NCBI GenBank assembly: GCA_026914245.1
Contig: CP110440.1
Coordinates: 1,054,001-1,118,000 of the forward strand
From: Puccinia triticina
Lineage: Eukaryota
Direction of reading: 5' to 3'
DNA: 64,000 bases
The notes under the pieces were generated by a model that worked only from the letters and a program-made list of their open reading frames with translations, made no database searches and had not been told where the DNA came from. Of the stretch, positions 1 to 12,846 are shown piece after piece. Within the stretch, counting starts at the first letter, position 1. The number at the start of each line of letters is the position of its first letter. The translations under genes were made by a program, and so were the position numbers.

Positions 1-1902
1 AAACCCCCAAGTGTAGCAGCTAAGGTCTGATCACTTCCCACATATCACTACTTTGGTAGTTTCTTGGTGTTTCAGCCACTATATCTCATCCCAGCGTGGG
101 AATCCTTCTGACATATGGTTACCAAAATGTTGAAAGGTCCCCAAGGATTCATTATGGACCTTAAGTCACCACAAGACCCCCAAATGTAGCAGCTACAGTC
201 TGATCAGTTCCCAAATATCACTACTTTGGTAGTTTCTTGGTGTTTCTGCCACTATATCTCATCCCAGCATGGGAATCCGTCTGCCATATGATTACCAAAA
301 TGTTTAAAGGCCCCCAAAGATTCTTTATGTACCTTTTGTCACCACAAAACCACCAACTGTAGCAGCTACAGTCTGATCAGTCCCCAAACATCACTACTTT
401 GGTAGTTTCTTGGTGTTTCTGCCACTATATCTCATCCCAGCGTGGGAATCCTTTTGCCATATGGTTACAAAGATGTTTAGGGGCCCCCAAGGATTCATTA
501 TGGACCTTACGTCACCACAAGACCCCCAAATGTAGCAGCTACAGTCTGATCAGTTCCCAAATATCACTACTTTGGTAGTTTCTTGGTGTTTCTGCCACTA
601 TATCTCATCCCAGCGTGGGAATCCGTCTGCCATATGGTTACCAAAATGTTGACAGGCCCCCAAAGATTTATTATGGACCTTAAGTCACCACAAGACCACC
701 AAATGTAGCAGCTACAGTCTGATGAGTTCCCACATATCACTACTTGAGTAGTTTCTTGGTGTTTCTGCCACTATATCTCATCCCAGCGTGGGAATCCTTC
801 TGACATGTGGTTACCAAAATGTTGACAGGCCCCCAAAGATTTATTATGTACCTTTAGTCACCAGAAAACCACCAAATGTAGCAGCTACAGTCTGATGAGT
901 TCCCACATATCACTACTTTGGTAGTTTCTTGGTGTTTCTGCCACTATATCTCATCCCATTGTGGGAATCCTTCTGACATATGGTTACCAAAATGTTAAAA
1001 GGCCACCAAGGATTCATTATGGACCTTCAGTCACCACAAGACCCCCAAATGTAGCAGCTACAGTCTGATCAGTTCCCAAATATCACTACTTTGGTAGTTT
1101 CTTGGTGTTTCTGCCACTATATCTCATCCCAGTGTGGGAATCCTTCTGCCATATGGTTACCAAAATGTTGAAAGGCCCCCAAAGATTTATTATGGACCTT
1201 AATTCACCACAAGACCCCTAAATGTAGCAGCTACAGTCTGATCAGTTCCCAAATATCACTACTTTGGTAGTTTCTTGGTGTTTCTGCCACTTTATCTCAT
1301 CCCAGCGTGGGAATCCTTCTGCCATATGGTTACCAAAATTTTTACAGGCCCTCAAAGATTCATTATTTACCTTTACTGACCACAAAACCTCCAAATGTAG
1401 CAGCTAAAATCTGATCAGTTCCCAAATATAACAACTTTGGTAGTTTCTTGGTGTTTCTGCCACTATATCTCATCCCAGTGTGGGAATAATTCTGACATAT
1501 GGTTACCAAAATGTTGAAAGGACCCCAAAGATTCATTATGTACCTTTAGTCACCACAAAACCCCCAAATGTAGCAGCTGCAGTCTGATCAGTTCCCAAAT
1601 ATCACTACTTTGGTTGTTTCTTGGTGTTTCTGCCACTATATCCCATCTCAGTGTGGGAATCCTTCTGCCATATGATTACCGAAATGGTTGGAGGCCCCCA
1701 AGGATTCATTATGGACCTTAAGTCACCAGAAGACCCCCAAATGTAGCAGCTACAGTCTGATCAGTTCCCAAATATCACAACTTTGGTAGTTTCTTGGTGT
1801 TTCTGCCACTATATCTCATCCCAGCTGGAGGATCCTTCTGCCATATGGTTATCAAAATGTTAGCAGACCCCCAAAGATTCATTATGTACCTTTATTCACC
1901 AC
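1..1902. repeat. 173-bp tandem satellite array, about 11 units, running off the left edge of the window
   Basis: Anchor TGTAGCAGC recurs at 12, 185, 358, 531, 704, 877, 1050, 1223, 1396, 1569 and 1742 (exact 173-bp period). Units differ by scattered substitutions. Confidence 0.97.
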
Positions 1903-1903
1903 A

Positions 1904-3195
1904 TTTTTGAAATTAGTTTACCATGGTTTAGCATATTTTTGTCAGGTTCTTTTTTTTATCAACTTTTGTTGTCACTCACAGATTAATGAGGAATATTTCC
2001 ACATAGAATTTCATCGGACAATTTTTCTGCATAGAAAACTCAGAAATATTGTGTTTGGGGTCACATCCATTATGCAGCAGCTACAGTCTGATCAGTTTGC
2101 AAATATCACTACTTTGGTAGCTTCTTGGTGTTTCTGCCACTATATCTCATCCCAGTGTGGGAATCCTTCTGCCATATGATTACCGAAATGGTTGGAGGCC
2201 CCTAAAGATTTATCATGTACCTTTAATTACCACAGAACCCCCAAATGTAGCAGCTACAGTCTGATCAGTTTGCAAATATGACTACTTTGGCAGTTCCCTG
2301 GTGTTTCAGCCACTATATCTCATCCCAGCGTGGGAATAATTCTGCCATATGATTACCAAAATGTTAACAAGCCCCCAAAGATTCATTATGTACCTCTTTG
2401 TAACCATATGGCAGAAGGATTCCCACGCTGGGATGAGATATAGTGGCAAAAACACCAAGAAACTACCAAAGTAGTGATATTTGGGAACTGATCAGACTGT
2501 AGCTGCTACATTTGGGAATCGTCTGGTGACTTAAGGTCTATAATGAATCCTTGGGGGCCTGTCAACATTTTGGTAACCATATGGCAGAAGGATTCCCACA
2601 CTGGGATGAGATATAGTGGCAGAAACACCAAGAAACTACCAAAGTAGTGATATTTGGGAACTGATCAGATTGTAGCTGCTACATTTGGAGCTTTTGTGGT
2701 CAGTAAAGGTACATATGAATCTTTGGGGGCCTGTAGACATTTAGTAACCATATGGCAAAAGTATTCCCACGCTGGGATGAGATGTAGTGGCAGAAACACC
2801 AAGAAATACCAAAGTAGTGATATTTGGGAAATGATCAGACTGTAGCTGCTACATTTGGGGGTTTTGTGGTAATTAAAGGTACATGATAAATCTTTAGGGG
2901 CCTCCAACCATTTCAGTAATCATATGGCAGAAGGATTCCCACACTGGGATGAGATATAGTGGCAGAAACACCAAGAAGCTACCAAAGTAGTGATATTTGC
3001 GAACTGATCAGACTGTAGCTGCTGCATAATGGATGTGACCCCAAACACAATATTTCTGGGTTTTCTATGCAGAAAAATTTTCCGATGAAATTCTATGTGG
3101 AAATATTCCTCATTAATCTGTGAGTGACAACAAAAGTTGATAAAAAAAAGAACCTGACAAAAATATGCTAAACCATGGTAAACTAATTTCAAAAA
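1904..3195. mobile_element. Foldback-like inverted structure: ~170-bp unique arms plus 173-bp satellite units, with orientation switching near 2400
   Basis: 1904-2075 (TTTTTGAAATTAGTTTACC...) is the near-perfect reverse complement of ~3020-3195. Satellite units run forward to ~2395 and reversed from ~2400. Confidence 0.8.
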
Positions 3196-4899
3196 GGCCT
3201 TCTATGCATGTAGCACTTCAAGTATGATGTGCAATATCTTCAGGAAGTTCAACCAACCAAATTAGCAATGTGTGCAGGATTGTATCATGATACTGATAGA
3301 GGTCAGGGGTCAATGTTTTTCCTTTTTTGAAAAAAAGTAGATTTGGAGAATTCTGATAACATCAATTGTTGAAGTAAAAAAAAGAACAAGAAAAAATGGA
3401 TCCCCTCAGCCACTCTGGATTAATCCTAAACCTTTCAGTGTATTTTTTTCATGTAGAATTGAATGGTGTATGTATAAATTTATGAATGTTATCAGAAAAA
3501 AAAAAGATTCCTGTGGCTTGAAGCAAATACAGGGGAAGGAGATAGAGTATAGAAGAGTATTAAGGAGACATGGAACACAGACAAAGGTATCAAGAGGAAT
3601 AAAAAAAATTGATCAATATAAATTGATCAATATACGCTATATTGATCAATATGCAACATCGCAAATTCATCCATCTTGGTATTGAAACACTGACCAATAT
3701 ATTCAGGTATAATAATTAACATGTCACAGATTATATTGCTAGTCATTAAGACATTTTTTCCAAATTTTATTGGAACTTGGCTAGAATTTGTCCCAAACTC
3801 AGCTGAAACTCATCCACAAATCATTTGTAGCTAAACTGGAACACATAAAACAAATTGGCTGCAATCAAAGTTTAAAAGTGGAAGACACCAATCACAAACT
3901 GTTCATACCAGAAGGTGATGTCAAGTTGAATGGTTTCTGAACTATTTCACACTCATGTGCCTGGAAGACATGCCCCTGTGGCCTCAATAGCATCTTATTG
4001 GTGTGTGTGTTGTCACCCTATTCAACAGTGCAACATATTCAATAGTGGGATTCAAAGTAAAAACCCGTGTGCATGCAAGTCACTTTGCATGTTGACTTGC
4101 CTCCAGCCAAATTTGAAAGTAACCTTGAGCTCCCCACTTTGGGCCTTGTGTCCGCTTGATATGAGGCTCACCACCCAAAACCCAACTCCAGCCGACACCA
4201 CTCCACCCCTCCAACCATGCCACAACACACAGAACGGGCCACCCCCATTCAACAAATGACCCACCTCATCCAAGCTCAAGTTCGGGGAGCTCTCATCAAA
4301 TCTATCTTTCTTTGTTTGTGCATAGTTTTACTCTATCTCTCAATCCAACTCTCCCCTTCTATTTCTTTGTCTGAAAATCATATAAGAATGTGATCTTTAC
4401 GGGCAAGAAGATGTTGACGACGCCGAAGTCCGGCTGGGATGAAGATATCTCAATGTTCAGTTGCTGGGGCATCACACCCTTGGGCTCCTTTGCCTCGTAC
4501 AAAAACCAGGACACTTCTTTGAAAGCCGAGACCGTTGAGAATAGCCATGCAAGCACCCAGCCTTCGGCGGTCCAGATCACCTAAGGATGCCACCCAGACC
4601 CAGGAAATCCGGCTTGCCCCGGTCGGGTATTGGGTTGGGTCAGGTGATGTTGCATTGAGGTGGCTGATCTTGGATGAGAGTTTGTGTGATGTTAGGGTGG
4701 ATGAGTGTTGCTGACAGGGGTGTGGTAGGGCGGATGAGCTCTGACGAGGGGCAGGTCATGACAACTTGCGTGGCAAGGCAAGCCGGCGTTCAAGTCAAAT
4801 GTTGAACGTCAACTTGCCATTTTTGCATGCAAGCCTGCCCGCAAAACTGGGTTATGCAAAGTGGCCTGCATGCACGCGCGGGCCTACTTTGAAACCCCC

Positions 4900-5185
4900 T
4901 GATATGTGTATTGTATAGGCATATACAATGTATTGTATTTATTTTTGAATACAAAATGTCTTGGTGTATTTGTATTGCATTGGTCACCCAATACAATACA
5001 ATACATTTCAAAAAAAAATGTATTGACTGTGACAATCCACAAAATATTACATTTGGGGAGGGAAATACATAAAATTATGCAAAAAATACATTGTATTGTA
5101 TTGTATAAAAAATACAATACAAATACAATGTATATGCTATACAAAACTATACGCTACATGCCATATACAAATACATGTATAGTAT
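4900..5185. repeat. AT-rich MITE-like element built of TACAA/TTGTA repeats in inverted arrangement
   Basis: Imperfect inverted ends (ATATGTGTATTGTATAGGCAT versus ATGCCATATACAAATACATGTAT). No TSD resolved. Confidence 0.45.
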
Positions 5186-5798
5186 TTGTTGCCCCATTGC
5201 CTTATTGCACTTGTGACTGGAATAAAATTCGGGTGGGAAATCACACACTTTTTATTCCAGCAGGGCCTGCATGGCTGAATGTTATCTGAATAGTTTTGCC
5301 CACATGTACCCATTGGACAGGCTGTTCTGGTCTGAAATAGAATAGGGTGACAAATCACATACTGGAAGACTTCCCACATAATGATCTACACCCCCCAGAC
5401 AGACTAGAGCATAACAGATCTACCAGGGCCTGGTAGATCAGGATGCTTGAACCACCAACCAGGCAGTCCCGCTAGCAGCCAGCATCTCCTCCCCAACACA
5501 CATCAACAGCCAACCCACCTGTGATGCCTCCTCTGCGTTCCCATTCCCTCAATTCCAGCCAGCCCCCCGGCCTTCCCCTCCCTCAACTTACTTTAGTAAA
5601 CCATCCAGGACAAATGGCTGGTGTGGTGTTCCCACTGGTACAGGCGGCGGAGTTCAGTAATCATAAGCGGAGCTAGTGGAGTCAGTGGAAGATGTTTCAG
5701 GATCAAGATTTGACACGGCAGAGTAGGATATTCATGGTTCAGCTTCCCCTTCCGCCTCTGCCTCTGCCTCCGCTTCCGACAAAGGTCTCTCAAGCAGC

Positions 5799-6300
5799 TG
5801 TTGGATTTCGGAGCTACGGCCTACATTCTTTTTTCTCTCTTTCCTTCTTGTTTCTCTTACTCTCATTGTTGATTTTACTGCGTCTTTCTTTTCTCTACTA
5901 TACTTTCCCACCCTTTTGTTCTGTTTTGTGTTGTTTATCTCTTTATTTGTTGTTCTGGATTGTCTAGCGTGTTTTTGTTGTTGTTGTGCGTTTGCGGACG
6001 TGCATCGGACACAAGGGTTTGGCGCATAGCAAGCTCCGCTGGAGTCAAAGTCTGGAGAGACCAAGACCTTTGTTCCGCATGCAATTCCATCCTGATCCAA
6101 GGGGAAGACCATCACTTTCTGAGCATTCTTGATCCCTCTCTGGAGTTTTTCCGAGCATTCTTCCGCCATCCTGATCCCATCTCCGCACTGATTTTCCTTA
6201 CTCCGCGCGCATTCTCTGATCCTCAAAACCTTGTTTATCCCGCTCCACTCTTCATTGCGGACTCTACTCCACATTCCTGACTTTCCTCTCTCTCAAAACG
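5799..6300 (+). mobile_element. Possible solo-LTR remnant
   Basis: TG start and T/G-rich tracts resembling the style of the 7585-8387 LTR. Right end and TSD are not securely found. Confidence 0.3.
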
Positions 6301-7584
6301 ACTGCCAAGGGTATCCATCACCCTTACTTTTCTCAAACAAATCCCCCCCAACTCCGCTATCATCTTTTGATGCCTTATTTATGCTTGATTTGATGGACCG
6401 CAATGAGGGCAGCTACACAGCACTGCCTACAGTCTGACACCGTAGGAGCTCCATACCGGTTTGCAAGACTACAGCGTTGCCAATGTGTGCTCTGGTCAAT
6501 TGATGATCATCCAGAATTCTCAACTTGACAAGTAATCTGTTTCATCTTTTTCTTCCATAAGTGTGCTAAACTCAGTTCAAAAGCATGCTAACCTCTGTTT
6601 TGGGGGTTCAGTGATGGTGCAGGGGCCCCAGGGCATGATTGCTGCTTGAAAAGAAGGATATGGATTTTGATCTGGAAAAGAATGCAGATGAAACCCGTCA
6701 ACATCTCCGCCTCAATGGGAATCTCACAGAAGGCAAATTGTTGGATGAGGAATTGGAGGGTCATTTACCACAAAACATTACTCCACAAAGCATGGCAAGA
6801 CCAAATAAGTCAAGAGTGTCAAATACTGCAAACTTGGTGTGCATGCAAGAGGAAGCGGCCTGTGTACGGGAGGCTTGTTCCCAAGAGGTGGTGGTCTCAT
6901 CCTCCTCTGCCAATCCTCCCGGAAGCCACCATCCCATGCCAGAATCACTCCAAGAACTGGCAACCTGGAACAGGAAAACCTTCACTCTGGCTATCAACAA
7001 CATTCTGGAGACGGCAAAAGGCCTTCAGCTTGCATTCACTTGAGTCCAGCCTCAGCCAGAAGAAACCCCACTTCTGGACATCCATCATTCTAATTTTTTG
7101 GCTGGAGAATGTATATATGGCTCTGAGGTAGAATCCTCAATTTTTTTTGTCACTTTCTGGAAGGGTGCTTTTGAATTATATCTTGGGGAATCATGTAGCT
7201 ACACTATTTGGAACAGAGCAGAGCTTGCACTCCCACCTGCTTAGCAATGACAAGCTCCCTGAGTCCAAAGATCCTAGCACACATCAATGGTAGTAGAAGC
7301 TATGGGGTTGCTAGAGCTGCTCCTCTTCATGCCTGCTGAGGCCGTGGGAGAGGTTGTGTCTTGCATCTCCAAGTGTGTGGTAGCCATATGGGGCCTGTTA
7401 TGTGGTGCTAAAATCGGCACCAAGGGGGACATGGCACAGGAAGACAAAACAGCAACCCCTTTACTTTGACAATCACCCCCCAAACCACAATCTCAGATCA
7501 ACCAGTGTCACAGTGGGCAACCCTGCAGTGTGTGGAGAGTTTGCCTGCTTGGGCATTACTGGGGCCGGAGAAGCGGCCCTGCGT

Positions 7585-8387
7585 TATGGAACTCTGGCCG
7601 GTGCTAGGCCGGCAGCAGTTCGGGGAGGGGAAAGAAAGAAAAGAAAAGAGACTAAGGAATATGCCCTCCGGGTGTTTGGCCGATAAAGAGCGCCGAGATT
7701 CGTGTAGCGTTGGGGGGGGGGTTGATTTTACGACGGCTAGAGATGCGCGTCGGCGATTTTGTTTGAGAGAGGAGCCGGGGATACTGCCGGCGGGGTTGTG
7801 ATCTAAACCAGAGAGTTGGAAGAGATCGGTGTTGCGGGGAAATTGAACTTTAACAAGCTGATACTTCGGGCAGACAGTTGCCAAGACTTATAACTTTGAA
7901 TTTTTGATGGAGAAACTGAAAATTATGGTTCAGAGTAGGTCCATGCCGCTCCAAAGCCTGAGTTCAAACTGAACTCAAACCTTGGAGTTGGTGACATGTA
8001 GCAGACATCTCATCACAACCTAGCGCGCACGCGCGCGCAACAACAACACGAGACAAAAGACAGAAACAAACCCAAACAAAACAGAAACAAAACAAACCAA
8101 CCCTCCTCATACAAAACCTATCCAACGCGCGCAATGTGAAAGAGGAAATAACAAAACATGATGAAAGATAAACTTAAAAGAAAACAGGACCAAGAAAGCC
8201 AAAACACAAGGAAGAGGGGGGGGGGGGAAGAAGACCTGAAACGCCTCGAGGATGCGCGCCGTTGAACTTGAGGAGGCCTCGAGGGCTGAAAGCTGAATCT
8301 TGATGTCTTGAGTCTTGACGTCCTCTGGCGCGCGCCGTGCGCGGCAAAAAGCTTGATTCCTCCGCGTGTACCAGATTGCCCACCACA
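7585..8387 (-). repeat. 3' LTR of Gypsy element 1 (803 bp)
   Basis: Direct repeat of 15197-16011. Minus-strand ends are TGTGGTG...TTCCATA, preceded by purine-rich GTGGGTGGA. Confidence 0.95.
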
Positions 8388-8582
8388 TCCACCCACGACT
8401 TGCAGTCTGTCCCTAGACTGCTTGTCCAGTACCGTGCCTAAAGAAAATCCAAGTCCTAGAAAGAAAAGACAGAAAGTAAAAACAACCAGGGGCCTCCGCG
8501 GTGCTCACGAACGTGGCATAAAGTAGAGTTTTGACGAAAGTGCGGTAGTAAATACCCAGAGGTGCATACTTGGAGGGGGAAC

Positions 8583-11500
8583 TTACTTCTGGTCAAGAAT
8601 GTCCCCGCGAGAAAAGAACCGCTTCACTTGGTCCGCGGCAAAGCGCCGCTTGAGCTCCGTCCCGTCCAGCTCCGCCAAAACATACGACCCGCCCTCAACC
8701 TGCTTCACGACGCGGTAGGGGCCATTCCATCGATGCGCAAATAACTGCCCCCACTGCGTCTCAAGAGACCGATTGTAAGCGAGGACCCGGTCTCCCGGCT
8801 TGAAGGGTTCGCGCAACCGCCCAGAATGCTTCTCTTCCCAATAGCGCACCAAATCCGCGCGTGATTCCATCATTTTTCGATAAGCGATGCCGCGCGTCTC
8901 CTCGCTACGCTCCAGCTGCCGGGAGCGCGCGACAAGAAGGTCGGTGGTGCTCGTGACCTTTTCCCAATCGACGCCGAGATATGACTCGATCTCCAGATCC
9001 AGAGGAAGGACGGCCCGCTGGCCAAAAACTATCTCGTAGGGGGAATCCCCTGTAGTGCGCTTGGTCGAGATGCGGTCGGCGAAGAGAACCAAAGGGAGAA
9101 ACTTCCTGCAATTCTTGCCGCTTTCCCCAGCTAGCTTCACCAGCGCGGCTTTGAGAGGACCGTGCCCGCGCTCGACCATGCCCTGCCCCTCCGGGTAATA
9201 AGGTGTAGAGACTCTATGCTTCCCTGGCAAGGCTCGCAGCATCTCCGCTAGTGCGCCGCCGAATTCGGAACCTCTGTCAGTCGAATATGCTTGCGCCAAT
9301 CCGTAGCGCATCGTCCAATGTTCCTGAAGGAAGGCGGCGACCGCCTCCGAAGTGAGATTGTTGATGATTTTCGCCTCAACTCAGCCCGAGAAATCATCTC
9401 GAGCGACAATCAAATACTTGGCGCCACTCGCCTTCAGGTGAACCGCATCCATGGATACTCGACCAAAAACCGTCGCCTCGCCCGTTGGGTAGCGTATCTC
9501 CTGAGGGCGTCGCAAGTCCTTCTTCTGACACGCTTCGCAAGTTTGACACCACTTGACCACCGCTTCCTTCAGCGAAGGCCACCAAAAACGCTCGGCCACC
9601 CGCCGGTACGTTTCTGTGGAGCCCCTATGGCCCAATTCCTCATGAAGCTTCATCAGTATTTCGTGCTGCTTTGACGGGATGGTCACCACGATTCTAGGCA
9701 GAGGACTTCCCCTCTTCATCAGACGTCCGGCTTGTAGAAAGAAATCCGCAGACCGCCGCTTCAGCGCCCTAAATTCTTTGGGACTCATTCCCTCTGGCTT
9801 GAGCAAAGTACCCAGAAAACACTCCAGATCGCGCCAATACCCTTGCTGGTATCCATCGTAGCGACCATCCTTTCCCAGCGCAGAGTATGAATGCCTTGCC
9901 CGGATATTGGGGGCCTCCTCGTCGAAATCCGACGGCGGGTCTGAGTCACCATCCTCCCACGGACGGCGCGAGAGTCCATCTGGCATAGTGAATGATTTTC
10001 CCGGTTTGTGGCCGATTTCGAAAGAAAAAATCTGGATAAAGGCTACCCAACGAGTCATGGGGGCGTTGGGAAGACTAGGAGCATTGATCATTTCAATCAG
10101 TGAATGGGCATCCACCTGTAGTTCGAAGTGCTGCCCCCATAAGATCGTCTGAAGCTTCTTGAGCACCCGGGCGACGCCGCACAGCTCGAGCTTGGGCTGA
10201 GAATAGCGAGATTCCACGTCCGAAAAGAGCAAAGATTCGTAAAGGGCGGGCCTGTCTAAGCCGTTCTCATCTTCTTGGGTAAGTACCGCACCTGCCGCGT
10301 GAAAACTCGAGTCCACGGCCAGCTTGATCTTGCCCGCCTCAGGCCCGTATTGAATCTTAACCAAAACTATATCGCGGCCTACCACAACCTTAAGCTTCTG
10401 AAATGCTGCTTCGCACTCCGCCGTCCAGTCCCAATCAGCGTCCTTGCGCGTCAATCGTCGTAACGGCAGGCAAGTCTCAGATAGAGACGGGATAAAAATT
10501 CGCACGTAGACTACGACTCCCAAGAAGCCCCGCACCTCTGTCGCGTTTACTGGGGTTGGCCAGGAGAGAATCTTGTTAATCTTCGCTTTCGCCATCCGTC
10601 TCCCTTCCTTGCATACTACATGCCCCACAATGTCCAATGCTGGCACACATGCGGCCAGCTTCGACGCCGAGACCGTCAACCCAGACTCTTCGATACAAAA
10701 GAGGACCCGCTCCAGTGTTGTTGCGTACTCCCATATAAAACGCCGAATTCCCGGGTGCCAATGGAGCCGCTCATTATCATAGTCAGACGGTGGGCCTTTG
10801 ATGCCCCCATCGTCTATGAAGATTCCCGCATGATCTGGAATCTCCTCCTGGAGAATCCACACCATTTGTGCCTGGTAGACGGCTACGGAGTTGGTGGCTC
10901 CTTGAGGTAGACGCGTGAGCTGAAATCGTCCGAGTGGCGTATCAAAAGTCGTGAGCGGTCGAGAAATCGGGTCCAAGGCGCGCTCATTGTAGCCACCCAT
11001 TATGTCCCCCAAACCGTAGCAGGATCTTCCCGCAAACGACTCCACAAATTCCTCCGTAGCGGGTGGAACGCCCGCGTCTTTGACAGTCACTTTATTAAGG
11101 GCTTGGAGGTCGTGTACTACTCAAATTTTGCCGTTGCTCTTCAGAACACAAAAGACCGGACTTGTGTAGCTTGAAGTGGATTGCTTGTACAAACCAGTCT
11201 CGACGCGTTCCCAGATGACCCGAATGTACTCTTCCAGCTTTGCGGCCGGTATTGGAATGCGTTTCTTCTGCCAGGGTAAGTGCTCTACTACGGGGATGAT
11301 GTAGGGTAACCCATAAGAGTCCTTTAACAACCCTCGCTCTTGTTCCGTGAATGCTATAGCGCCGTTCCTTTCGGCTAAGACGTTCTTGATGACGTTAAGT
11401 TCGTCCGGGTATAACCACCCATCGGGTCCAAAGTTCACGACCCGCAGACGCTCCTTGGTTACGCGTCCCTTAGGAACAAAAGCTCCCGCCATTGATCTCG

Positions 11501-12846
11501 GCAGTTTGCAATACGGGTCCTGGGAAAGTGGCGGCCTGCAAAGCGGCGGGTTAATTTCCTGGGGCATTGGTTGGTTGACAGGCCGGACTTTGCGAGCTAC
11601 CGGTTTATATTTGGCCGCAAACACCAGGAATTCTCCCGCCCTCCATGAGTCCAGCAACGCCAACTGCTCCTGATAGCGCAGTCCACTCTCCATCAACGCC
11701 CAAGTTCGATGCTCCCTCCGATCTTCAAACGGCGATTTATCTGAATAGGAAAAGCCAGAATTTTGGGGACCGCTCACGACTGTGGCACGTGATAGTGTCT
11801 CAAAAGCTTTGGTAGCAAGTACCCTCGGAGGTGCATATTGGTAAGAACTTACTTATATTCCAATGTCTTTCCGCGGCAACCCAAACTCCAACCTTCCTCC
11901 TTCACAATCCAAAACCAAGGGCGCTAGTTTACCCTCTTCGCGGAGAAAGTCCTCGACCGCCAAGCCGGGCTCCGCATCTGCAGAGGGTACATGGCAAAAG
12001 CGTCCAAGGCTCACATGTGTGGCGACGTAATGTTTTTGACTTGGTGTAGAAGGACCCTTGGAGGTGCATAACTGGGAGGAACTTACTTCTAGTTCTCCCA
12101 ACCTCCGCGCCACTACTCTTCCCTCCTCCGTTGTTCCATAATTCGCTAGTTTCACCTCATCGCGGAGGATCTTTAGTTTTCCCTCGTTGCGGAGGCTCGG
12201 GAGTTTAGACTCATCGCGGAGTATTACTAGATTAATCTCATTGCAGAGGACGTCATAGGACGTATCTAGTTTATTCTCGTTACGGAGCCGTGAAAGATCT
12301 GAGCCTGACGATAGTTTTTCCTCATTACGGAGGCGTGAAGTAACGGCTAGTTTATTCTCGTCGCGGAGACTTGTGGACAGAATTGCCAAGCCATCTAGAG
12401 GGGAAGAACACGAGGGAAAACCGGTGGGGCTCACAACTGTGGCGCATGGTAGAGTTTTCGACGACAAGGTGGCATCTTGCCCGGAGGTGCACGATTGGGA
12501 GGAACTTACTTTTAGTTCTCCCTGCCTCCGCGGGCACCCATTCTCCTCCGCTACATCCACCATCATTAGACCTTCGCGCAGAGACCCAGAAACTTGAGGA
12601 AACTTAAGAGAAACTTGGGGAGAATTGATTGAGAGCGCTGAATCGGCCGCAGGAAATATTTTTGCTGAGTTTTGAGTGATTTTTGAATGTTTTTTGAAAT
12701 TTTCGGATTGGTTTTCTTGTTGAAGATGGGAAGAGAAAGAGAAATAAGACCTGTGAGTTCCTTGAGAGAAAGTTGATCCAGCGGCAAGATTTCGGAACTC
12801 TAGATTAGATCTGCCGCCTCCCAAATCAACCGCATCTACAAAAAAT
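8583..12846 (-). pseudogene. Gypsy pol (long spacer, RT, RNase H, integrase) with in-frame stops at ~11853, ~11121 and ~9381
   Basis: ORFs 11853-12824, 11121-11777, 9381-11090 and 8583-9311 share one frame. RT: KYKPVARKVRP, RLPQGATNS, FIDDGG. RH: LAVDSS, YSQPKLELCG. IN: HHCC zinc finger (LHEELGH...CEAC), TDRGSEF, GMVERGH, WNGPY. Confidence 0.95.

Noticed and set aside
1..3195. CRISPR-like array, and twin 90-aa ORFs (1907-2179 + and 2920-3192 -)
   Set aside because: Units are contiguous with no unique spacers and the context is eukaryotic. The ORFs are mirror images produced by the inverted repeat.
5732..7480. ORFs of 100-180 aa as host genes
   Set aside because: No recognisable domain, overlapping frames and partly LTR-like composition. 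They may be decayed fragments but cannot be supported.
12009..12090. Five-copy motif as an HDV-like, hammerhead or twister ribozyme
   Set aside because: ACC-TCC..-GGT resembles HDV P3/L3, but the P1.1 GG, P2 partner and J4/2 are not consistently present. No CUGANGA/GAAA or twister core was seen. Left unclassified.
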